DNA of 59,627 nt, taken from positions 1-59,627 of the forward strand of contig CAZPEM010000002.1 of assembly GCA_964585575.1 (NCBI GenBank), written 5' to 3'. Shown here piece after piece: positions 16,415 through 23,761 of the stretch; position 1 is the first letter of the stretch, and each line of letters starts with the position of its first letter. A program made the position numbers and the translations under genes. The stretch comes from an uncultured Chitinophagaceae bacterium (GTDB lineage: Bacteria > Planctomycetota > Planctomycetia > Pirellulales > UBA1268). Under the pieces are notes generated by a model. That model was not told where the DNA came from. It ran no database searches and saw only the letters and a list, made by a program, of their open reading frames with translations.

Positions 16415-17311
16415 TCAGGCGACTCCTTCTGAGGCGGCCGGCCGGGCGGGCGGCAGCCCGGGGTCGAGGCGGTCGAAGGACGCGTCCACCACGTCGCCGG
16501 CGGCGCGGATGTCGATGAGCCCGGCCCGCTTGGCCTCGATCGCCAGGCTGCGGATCGCGCTGGCGTCGGCGTCGAGCAACTTCGTCCAGGCGCTGGCGAA
16601 CACGTGGGAGCCGCGGAAGCCGGCAGCGTGGGCGAGGTAGAGGGCGAGCGCCACGGTCGCTGGCGTCGCGGTGACGCGGCGTCGCGTCTTGATCGAGCGG
16701 CCGGCGAGGTGGCCCGACTGCGTCCACGAGCTGGCGGCGTTGCGGACGACCTTGTCGAGGATGGCGTCGCTGAGCCGGTCGCCGATGGCCGCCCGGATTG
16801 CCTCCCGCATTGGGCTGCGAGCGAAGTCGGCGCCGATGGGCAGCAGCACCACCGCCGGAGCGCTGGCAGCGAGCATTGGGTCACGGGCGATAGCCACGAC
16901 CAGCGCGAGCAGCGGCCGGCCTGCGGGTTCGAGCGACCAGAGCCGCCGCAGGACGCGGTAGATCGGCACGTGGGGGTCGAGGGCGTAGAGTTCGGTGAGC
17001 CGCTGGTGGGTGAGCCGTCGGGTTGAGGTGGTCGACTTGCTCAGACAGTTGGCCTGGCGGATCGCGACGGCGATGTCCTCGTCGGTCGCGGCGGCCGGCA
17101 CGGCGTCGAACAAGGCCGCGAGCTCGGCCAGCATGATCGTGCGGCTGGTGTGCGTGCCGACGTCGCCGCGGCGGAAACCGACGCCGTCGATGTCGCGGTA
17201 GGTGCGCGGCTTCGGGCCGACCTTGATCTCAAACGCGACGCGCTGCGGGAAGAACGGTAGAGCGGTGGCGGCCTGCACAGGCGGCTCCCGGGGGGCTTGG
17301 TACGGAGCCAT
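16415..17311 (-). CDS. brxA: BREX protein BrxA-like (DUF1819-like), first gene of the operon
   Basis: 298-aa ORF directly upstream of brxB. Helical, with BrxA-like stretches (SRTIMLAELAALF, IRQANCLSKSTTSTRRLTHQRLTELY). Longer than a typical BrxA, so the true start may be internal. Confidence 0.6.
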   Translation of the reverse strand: MAPYQAPREPPVQAATALPFFPQRVAFEIKVGPKPRTYRDIDGVGFRRGDVGTHTSRTIMLAELAALFDAVPAAATDEDIAVAIRQANCLSKSTTSTRRLTHQRLTELYALDPHVPIYRVLRRLWSLEPAGRPLLALVVAIARDPMLAASAPAVVLLPIGADFARSPMREAIRAAIGDRLSDAILDKVVRNAASSWTQSGHLAGRSIKTRRRVTATPATVALALYLAHAAGFRGSHVFASAWTKLLDADASAIRSLAIEAKRAGLIDIRAAGDVVDASFDRLDPGLPPARPAASEGVA

Positions 17312-17524
17312 CGTGCCAGCGCGAAGGGGGGCCCCGCAAGGGGGTGGCTGATTTGGCCGGCAAGCCCGCCGGCGACCAACTCAAATGCGTTTTTCACGAA
17401 GAAAACTTTGTTTTTGAGAAAGTTGCTGGACAGATTTGTAAGCATCTGTAGCCTAAACAAGGCCCGAGAGAGACCTGTCTTCAACCTAGGCAAGGACGCC
17501 GCACCCCCGAGCGGAGGCTCAATC
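17312..17524. promoter_or_regulatory. divergent AT-richer intergenic region with short palindromes (candidate BREX promoter/operator)
   Basis: 213-nt gap between divergent brxA and the 17525 gene. ACAGAT-N8-ATCTGT at 17430-17449. AACTTT-N9-AAAGTT at 17404-17424. Visibly lower GC than the flanks. Confidence 0.35.
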
Positions 17525-18445
17525 ATGACCACCCACCTCAGCGATATCCTCGGCGACCGCAACTCGCTCGCACCTTGTACGGGCTGCGAAAGCTTGGATG
17601 CGCTCGGCAAGGAAATGTTCCAGGCTCCAGGCCTGCTTGAACTCGAACGAAAAGTGGAGCGACATTCCCACTACCCGCTCCTCAAGCTCAGGGAGAAGAT
17701 GGCCCGGCGGCCAGCGTTCGTACTTGGACTGAGCGGCGAGTCTCCGGAATCGGTGGACGGCATTCGTGATCTTGCGTGGCCGGCGACACCCGCCGATGGC
17801 TATGGTTGCCGAGACATTCACCTCGGCCCGCCGGGCACCAAGTCGAAACTTTGGGTTGGCAACGCCGCCAATGGATATCAAACCGCGGCGGCGTGCCAGA
17901 AGCGAGCATGGGGCGGTAAGGCCAGGGGGGGCAAAAGGCGGCGCAAGGAGGTCACAGTGCAAGAGGCCAGCGAAAAGTTGCGGGCCAGGGTAAACGCGAT
18001 CATCGTGCAGATGACGAAATCGGGACGGACAGAGGGGGAGATCGAGCGAGAACTTATCAAACAGGTGTACAGCCTGTGTGACTACCAGCATGCGGAGAAA
18101 TGCGGCTACAGCGAGAAGGCGGCTAAGACTTTTTCCCGAACGCCGGAATACATCAGCTGGAAAGAGTATCGACCGCGAGGCAATGCGGCCCGGCTAGACC
18201 CCACGAGCGCGGCGGTCGACTTCACGAGCTCGGGCGGCCGGTCCTCGAAGTCGGGCACGAGCCGGAATGCTGAGTTCGCCGCCAAGAACAATCTGAGCGT
18301 TGGACGGGCGGGGAAGCTGCCGGAGCTGACTGCCGAGGCCCGGGAGAAGATGGCAAAGGTTCCTGGAGCATCGGAGTGGTACGAGAAAAATAGGGACAAG
18401 CTCGAGGATTTATCCGATTCTGAGGAGTTCGCGGACAACCCGTGA
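17525..18445 (+). CDS. hypothetical protein (306 aa), lower-GC orphan
   Basis: ATG at 17525 with GGAGG RBS. Lys/Glu/Ser-rich C-terminal half. No family recognised. Confidence 0.55.
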   Translation: MTTHLSDILGDRNSLAPCTGCESLDALGKEMFQAPGLLELERKVERHSHYPLLKLREKMARRPAFVLGLSGESPESVDGIRDLAWPATPADGYGCRDIHLGPPGTKSKLWVGNAANGYQTAAACQKRAWGGKARGGKRRRKEVTVQEASEKLRARVNAIIVQMTKSGRTEGEIERELIKQVYSLCDYQHAEKCGYSEKAAKTFSRTPEYISWKEYRPRGNAARLDPTSAAVDFTSSGGRSSKSGTSRNAEFAAKNNLSVGRAGKLPELTAEAREKMAKVPGASEWYEKNRDKLEDLSDSEEFADNP

Positions 18446-18584
18446 TATCGATAGTCCACGATGAGATTGCAGTAATGCACGGGTTTTTATTCGGTTAGCG
18501 GCCTCTCGCTGATCGAGACTGTCCCCAAGTTGCCCCATTCGTCCGGGGCACGCGGTTGTGCCCCGGTGAATCGGGAGCCAACTG

Positions 18585-18824
18585 ATGAAAAGGCCTTCTA
18601 CCCACCCGGGGGCGGTTAGGCAAACGCCAGCCTCGATGGGGGCGGTCGTACCAAACGCCCTGTACAGGCTTGACGAAGTTAAGGCCCGCATGGGCTGGCG
18701 TGACGCCGCCTTCCGGGCCGCCGTGCGGGCGGGGCTTACGACCCACCGCTCGGGCAAGCGGCTTTATGTGCTCGGTAGCGACCTCATCGCCTTCGTGACA
18801 AGGGCGAAGGAGGGCGACCGATGA
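18585..18824 (+). CDS. excisionase/AlpA-like helix-turn-helix DNA-binding protein
   Basis: 79 aa. ALYRLDEVKARMGWRDAAFRAAVRAGL...KRLYVLGSDLIAFV resembles the excisionase-family HTH. GGGAG RBS. ATGA overlap with the next gene. Confidence 0.55.
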   Translation: MKRPSTHPGAVRQTPASMGAVVPNALYRLDEVKARMGWRDAAFRAAVRAGLTTHRSGKRLYVLGSDLIAFVTRAKEGDR

Positions 18825-19192
18825 GCACACCCATCGACCTCCAGAAGGAGTACGGCCACCGCTGGAAGATCGGCGTCGACGAGGCCGCCCGTGGCCGGCG
18901 AACCGATCCATGGAACCTGACGATTGTCTGCCGATACGGAGAAATCTGCCCGTGGGGCGGCGACCTGCTCGCGGCGTCAACCGCCAAGGCCGGCGCGGTT
19001 GCGAACCGACTGCGGTCGCTTCCGTTCGTTGAGATCGCGCACGACGGTGACGACGGCGTAACGGTTGTGTTTCCAAGCCGCTACGTGCGGACGATCGCCG
19101 GAATCATGAAGCCGCGGCGAGCTCGGAAGGCGAGTCCCGCGCAGTTGGTCGCCCTCGAGCGTGGCCGCGTGCGGCGCTCGCATCGCACCTGA
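18821..19192 (+). CDS. hypothetical mobile-element protein (123 aa)
   Basis: Translationally coupled to the HTH gene. Non-repetitive sequence. Confidence 0.5.
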   Translation: MSTPIDLQKEYGHRWKIGVDEAARGRRTDPWNLTIVCRYGEICPWGGDLLAASTAKAGAVANRLRSLPFVEIAHDGDDGVTVVFPSRYVRTIAGIMKPRRARKASPAQLVALERGRVRRSHRT

Positions 19193-19243
19193 CCACGACC
19201 CCAGAACCTTCGACAGGTAACCCCAACCCCAAGGAGCGATTCC

Positions 19244-19552
19244 ATGAAAAGCAGATCGAAGCGGCGGCTACATCGCACGAATGGCGGGGCGGGGAAGATC
19301 CCCTGCTGCTATGGCGTTGTTTACACGAGCGGCACGAACGAACTCAGAATCGTCGTAGACTCGGCCGACAACATCCTCGACCGCCTGAGAAAAATCGATG
19401 GCGTAGAGGTCGTCGAATTCCGCGGCCGTCGGTGCGACCTGAAGTGTCCGCCGCTCCGCCTGCCGGATGTCACGAGCGTCCTTGTGCCGCTCGATAGCCG
19501 GCTGGCGTCCTCAGCTCCGGTCATCGCCGCCCATCGCGGCCGGATCTGGTAA
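19244..19552 (+). CDS. hypothetical protein (102 aa)
   Basis: ORF on the same strand as its neighbours. No family recognised. Confidence 0.4.
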   Translation: MKSRSKRRLHRTNGGAGKIPCCYGVVYTSGTNELRIVVDSADNILDRLRKIDGVEVVEFRGRRCDLKCPPLRLPDVTSVLVPLDSRLASSAPVIAAHRGRIW

Positions 19553-19650
19553 GTGCCCCGCTGTCGGCCAATGCACTCCAAGCTCCTGCCGACGGATTGC
19601 GTCGTCGGGTTCGGATCTCTGCCAACCCTTGCCATACGGAGGTGACCACC

Positions 19651-19887
19651 ATGTCCATCACGACTGCTGCTGCCGCGAAGCTTCGAGACGAAATCCTCGA
19701 AATACTCGATGACGTGTACTTCCGGGTCTTTGACGGCCCGGACATGTCTGACGAACAGGTCGAGTTGCTCGCCTTGCTCTCAGCGGACGACCTCAAAGTT
19801 ATCGCGGCCCAGGCCGAAGAGTACGCCGCAAACGTCCGGGACTACGCCACGCTCGCCCGGAAAGCACTGGAGGCCAAGGACCAATAA
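19651..19887 (+). CDS. small acidic helical hypothetical protein (78 aa)
   Basis: Internal ATG at 19651 with GGAGGTG RBS. Product MSITTAAAAKLRDEILEILDDVYF... Confidence 0.45.
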   Translation: MSITTAAAAKLRDEILEILDDVYFRVFDGPDMSDEQVELLALLSADDLKVIAAQAEEYAANVRDYATLARKALEAKDQ

Positions 19888-20075
19888 CGGGCCGCGCCGG
19901 TGGCGATGTCGCTCGTCGCGTGCCGCCGCCGGCTTCGGTGAAACCCCCTGGACCACGACGTTTTTCGGGAGGCAGGAAGGCCGATCGTCGGTCGACCGAC
20001 TCTCGAGACCCCTCCGGCGGATTGGCCGCCGAAAGGGGCGGATTTCTCTGGACCCCCAACCCCCGGAGGCCGCAC

Positions 20076-20870
20076 ATGGCAACCGCGATTTCCCCTGCCC
20101 CCGACGAAGACCGTGAACGCACGACGAGTGCGAAATCCAAACCCGTGAACCCCAAGGAGAAGCCAACCATGGTGACGAGCCATACCGTCCCGACCCCTCT
20201 CGATGACGCGGCGGCTCCCGAGCCTGCCGCAACTCCGACGCCCGCCCCGAAGCCGAACCCGCCGGAGCCGCCCACACCGCCAGCCGCGTCGGTGGTGGTG
20301 CGGCCCGAGCCGCCGAATCCGTTCGACCCGTCGGCGCTGCGTCTGCAGGCCGACTACTCGGAGGGCCTTGGCGTCCGCAAGGTCATCACCATGATCCCAA
20401 ACCGCAAGCCAAGCAAAAGCGAGTGGTTTCAGGTTCGGCCCGGTGACGAATGGCGGCTGCAGACGGCGGTGCTCGAGCTTGAGAAGGGAGTAGAGCGGTC
20501 GACCTACTTGGTTGCGCGGCCGCTGTGGGCCGACCTCTCGGGTGAAATCACGCCGGCACTATTTCTGACATGCATAAACACCGCGAACGATCTGTTTATC
20601 TGGCGCATCAAATTGCCCGGGCCGGACGGTCGCTCAAACACCTGGACGGAATCCGCACTCCAAGTCGCAAAAGCGGCGGAGAAGACGTGGTGCCGCATGA
20701 AATCGGACATGGCCAACGGAATCTATTCCCATAGAGAGTCGGACAACCCGCCCCCGCCCCCGACCTGGCCCGAGTTGTCGTTCGACCGGATTCTCCAAAT
20801 CGCCTTCCGCGGCAGGATGATCGACACCCTCGACCATCCCATTCTCCGCGAATTGCGAGGTGGGGCATGA
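20076..20870 (+). CDS. hypothetical protein, paralog A (Pro-rich N-terminus plus conserved C-terminal domain)
   Basis: ATG at 20076 with GGAGG RBS. The C-terminal domain aligns by eye with the next gene (WCR, PPP-WPE, ILQIAFRGR-I, DHP). Confidence 0.55.
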   Translation: MATAISPAPDEDRERTTSAKSKPVNPKEKPTMVTSHTVPTPLDDAAAPEPAATPTPAPKPNPPEPPTPPAASVVVRPEPPNPFDPSALRLQADYSEGLGVRKVITMIPNRKPSKSEWFQVRPGDEWRLQTAVLELEKGVERSTYLVARPLWADLSGEITPALFLTCINTANDLFIWRIKLPGPDGRSNTWTESALQVAKAAEKTWCRMKSDMANGIYSHRESDNPPPPPTWPELSFDRILQIAFRGRMIDTLDHPILRELRGGA

Positions 20871-21358
20871 ACAAGACGCTACCACCGATCGAGTGCCGCA
20901 GTCCGCGCGAAGATGAATACATCCGAGTGAAGCCGGGGCCGGAAAGCCTGTTCAACACGCCAGTGTTGCGGCACCCGTCTTCGGGCGAACTGTACCTCGT
21001 CGTCGGCCAGTTGTGGCCGCGACTGGCGGGCAGGTTCGCGATGGTCTGTCCGAGGCTGTGCGCCAACCACAACGGCGAGATGTTCGTATGGCCGGTGCCA
21101 ACGCCAACTCCCGGCCAGGGCGGCGCGGCACCCTGGCGGGAAACCGCCGGGGTGCTCGCCAGCCTCGCCGAGATCAGATGGTGCCGGGTCGTGGCCGACG
21201 AGTCTGCGAAGCAGTACGTCGTTTCCACCCTGAGGGACGACGAAGCACCGCCGCTGCCCGTTTGGCCAGAGTGCGATTTTCTTGACGTTCTCCAAGTCGC
21301 CTTCGACGGGCGGATCGTCGCGTCCGAGGACCACCCCCTTTTCCCGAACTGGAACTGA
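20867..21358 (+). CDS. hypothetical protein, paralog B
   Basis: 163 aa. ATGA overlap with paralog A. Shares motifs IRWCRVVAD, PPLPVWPECDFLDVLQVAFDGRIV, DHPLF. Its stop lies 2 nt before the polymerase ATG. Confidence 0.55.
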   Translation: MNKTLPPIECRSPREDEYIRVKPGPESLFNTPVLRHPSSGELYLVVGQLWPRLAGRFAMVCPRLCANHNGEMFVWPVPTPTPGQGGAAPWRETAGVLASLAEIRWCRVVADESAKQYVVSTLRDDEAPPLPVWPECDFLDVLQVAFDGRIVASEDHPLFPNWN

Positions 21359-21360
21359 CC

Positions 21361-23136
21361 ATGAACGCGTTCACCACCTTTAATCTCGCCGGCCTCGAAG
21401 CTTTTGACGAGGTCTGGCTGGTCGATGCCGAGTACTCCGCGCAGCCGGGATGCCGGCCGGTGCCGATCTGCCTGGTCGCCAAGGAAGCCTTCACCGGCCG
21501 CGAACTGCGGCTGTGGGAGGACGAGCTTGCCGTCGCGGCAGCGCCGCCTTTCCGGATCGACGAGCGGGTGCTCTTCGTTTCGTACGCCGCGGCGGCCGAG
21601 TTCAGCGTGTTTCACGCCCTCGGCTGGCCGGCACCTTCGAGGATTCTCGACCTGTTTGTCGAGTTCAGGGCGATGACGAATGGCCTGAAGACGCCGAGCG
21701 GTGCCGGCCTGCTCGGAGCGCTCGTCTACCACGGGCTGCCGGCCATGGAGGGCGCGGAGAAAACGGCGATGCGGGACCTGGCCATCCGCGGCGGCCCGTT
21801 CACCGCTGACGAGCGGCAGGCCCTGCTCGACTACTGCGCCGAGGACGTCTATGCCCTCGAACGGCTGTTGCCGCGGATGCTCCCCCGGATCGACCTCCCG
21901 CGTGCGCTGCTCCGTGGACGGTACGGCTGGGCGGCGGCAGCCATGGAACACCGCGGCATTCCGATCGACGTGCAGATGTTCGAGCACCTACGAGACCGCT
22001 GGCAGGCCATCCAAGCGGCGCTCGTGGAGGAGGTGGACACCCGGTACGGCGTTTTCGACGGAACCACCTTCAAACGGGAAAAGTTTGCCAACTGGCTCGT
22101 GGCCCGCGACATCCCCTGGCCGCGGCTGGAGAGCGGCCAGCTCCAGATGGACGACGACACGTTCCGCGCTATGGCGAAGGCATTCCCCGCCGTCGCGGAA
22201 CTGCGGGAGCTGCGGTCTGCGCTCGGGAAGATGCGGCTCTTCGACGACCTGGCCATCGGACCCGACGGCCGCAACCGAACGGCGATCATGCCGTTCCGCG
22301 CGAGGACGGGACGCAACCAGCCCAGCAACGCGAAGTTCATCTTCGGACCGTCGCGGTGGCTGCGGAGCCTGATCAAGCCGGAGCCCGATATGGCCATCGC
22401 CTACATCGACTATTCGCAGCAGGAGTTCGGCATCGCGGCGGCGCTCTCCGACGATCGTGCGATGTCGGAGGCCTACAACACTGGCGACCCCTACCTCGCC
22501 TTCGGCAAGCAGGCCGGCGCGATCCCGCCGGAGGGCACCAAGGTGACCCACAAGGATGAACGAACGCTCTTCAAGGCGTGCGTGCTGGCCGTGCAATACG
22601 GCATGGGACCGGAGGCACTGGCGGATCGGATCGGCCAGCCGGTGGACATGGCCAAACGGCTCCTCCGGCTGCACCGCGAGACGTACCCGGCGTTCTGGAA
22701 ATGGTCCGAGGCCGCTGTGGACAGGGCCATGCTCCTGGGGTGTCTGCAAACCGTCTTCGGCTGGCCTATTCACGTCGGACCGTCTGCCGATCCAGCGAAG
22801 GGTGCCAACGCGCGGAGCCTGGCGAACTTTCCCTGCCAGGCCCACGGCGCCGAAATGCTCCGACTGGCCTGCTGCATGCTCGTCGAGGCGGAAATCGGCC
22901 TGTGTGCCCCGATCCATGACGCCGTGCTCATCGAGGCGCCCGCGGACACGATCGACGCCGAGGTGGAGCGTGCCCGCTGGATAATGGCGGAAGCCTCGCG
23001 GATCGTGCTCGGCGGATTCGAGATCGGCACCGAGGTCGAGGTCGTGAAATATCCCAACCGGTACGTGGACGATGCCGGGAAGGGGTTCTGGGAGACGGTC
23101 ACGCGGCTGGCCGGGCCACCTCCGACCTCGGCATGA
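21361..23136 (+). CDS. family A DNA polymerase with N-terminal 3'-5' exonuclease domain (no 5' nuclease domain)
   Basis: 591 aa. Exo I VDAEY. Exo III YCAED. Pol motif A IAYIDYSQQEFGIAA. Motif B RTLFKACVLAVQYGMG. Motif C PIHDAVLIE. Confidence 0.8.
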   Translation: MNAFTTFNLAGLEAFDEVWLVDAEYSAQPGCRPVPICLVAKEAFTGRELRLWEDELAVAAAPPFRIDERVLFVSYAAAAEFSVFHALGWPAPSRILDLFVEFRAMTNGLKTPSGAGLLGALVYHGLPAMEGAEKTAMRDLAIRGGPFTADERQALLDYCAEDVYALERLLPRMLPRIDLPRALLRGRYGWAAAAMEHRGIPIDVQMFEHLRDRWQAIQAALVEEVDTRYGVFDGTTFKREKFANWLVARDIPWPRLESGQLQMDDDTFRAMAKAFPAVAELRELRSALGKMRLFDDLAIGPDGRNRTAIMPFRARTGRNQPSNAKFIFGPSRWLRSLIKPEPDMAIAYIDYSQQEFGIAAALSDDRAMSEAYNTGDPYLAFGKQAGAIPPEGTKVTHKDERTLFKACVLAVQYGMGPEALADRIGQPVDMAKRLLRLHRETYPAFWKWSEAAVDRAMLLGCLQTVFGWPIHVGPSADPAKGANARSLANFPCQAHGAEMLRLACCMLVEAEIGLCAPIHDAVLIEAPADTIDAEVERARWIMAEASRIVLGGFEIGTEVEVVKYPNRYVDDAGKGFWETVTRLAGPPPTSA

Positions 23137-23193
23137 ACGCCGACCTAGTTCGGCATTGGTGTCGATCTACATCGGCACGAATGCTGAACCGGT

Positions 23194-23240
23194 TCTATCT
23201 CCTCTATATCTCCTTGGAATATCTCCTTTTTTATATCTAG
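23194..23240 (+). repeat. iteron-like direct repeats (4 x [TA]TATCT[CA]-type units)
   Basis: ctatctcc (23195), atatctcc (23206), atatctcc (23219), atatctag (23233), spaced 11-14 nt. They sit in an AT-richer gap between the polymerase and the winged-helix gene. Confidence 0.5.
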
Positions 23241-23255
23241 GGGTAGGTGGTGCTC

Positions 23256-23660
23256 ATGGATGTGGACACTTTCCGGATGGCCTCACCTCTGCCAGTTACC
23301 ACGGGCAGTTGTGCCACCAACAGGCGCAGGAAAAGGTCGGCGGCCGATCGATTCCTCGCGGGTCCCGTCCCTATGTCGTGGCTGGCGGAGGCCTATCGAC
23401 GGGGGTCTGCCGCGCAAGCGGTCGGTTTGGCTCTCTGGCACGCACGCGGCATGCAGCGCGGGCGGGAAGCCCCCATTAAAGTCAATGCGGCCTCCCGGCG
23501 GCCTATGGGGTTGTCGCAAGACCAGGCCCGCCGTGGCGTCCGCGCCCTGGAGGCGGCGGGCCTAGTGAAGATCGAGCGAGGCGGCCGGGGGCGGTGCGCT
23601 GTGGTGACGATCGTGACCGCATGCGGCGAACCAAGTGTCCAGGCGACGCAGCCGCCGTGA
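23256..23660 (+). CDS. winged-helix DNA-binding protein (replication initiator or repressor candidate)
   Basis: PMGLSQDQARRGVRALEAAGLVKIERGGRGRCAVVTIV looks like a winged-helix motif. ATG at 23256 with AGGTGG RBS. Alternative GTG start at 23247. Confidence 0.5.
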   Translation: MDVDTFRMASPLPVTTGSCATNRRRKRSAADRFLAGPVPMSWLAEAYRRGSAAQAVGLALWHARGMQRGREAPIKVNAASRRPMGLSQDQARRGVRALEAAGLVKIERGGRGRCAVVTIVTACGEPSVQATQPP

Positions 23661-23761
23661 GCGGCGCGCGAAACTGCACCACCACGGCGTGGGCGTAGAT
23701 GCCGCGTAGCATGGAGACTGGCCCAAGGAGCGCCGCGAGAAGCGGCAGGGAGAGCGCAACC

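Noticed and set aside
20608-22917. Minus-strand ORFs 20608-21987 and 21988-22917 across the paralog and polymerase genes
   Set aside because: They are antisense to genes with polymerase motifs and coupled starts. No RBS or motifs were seen.
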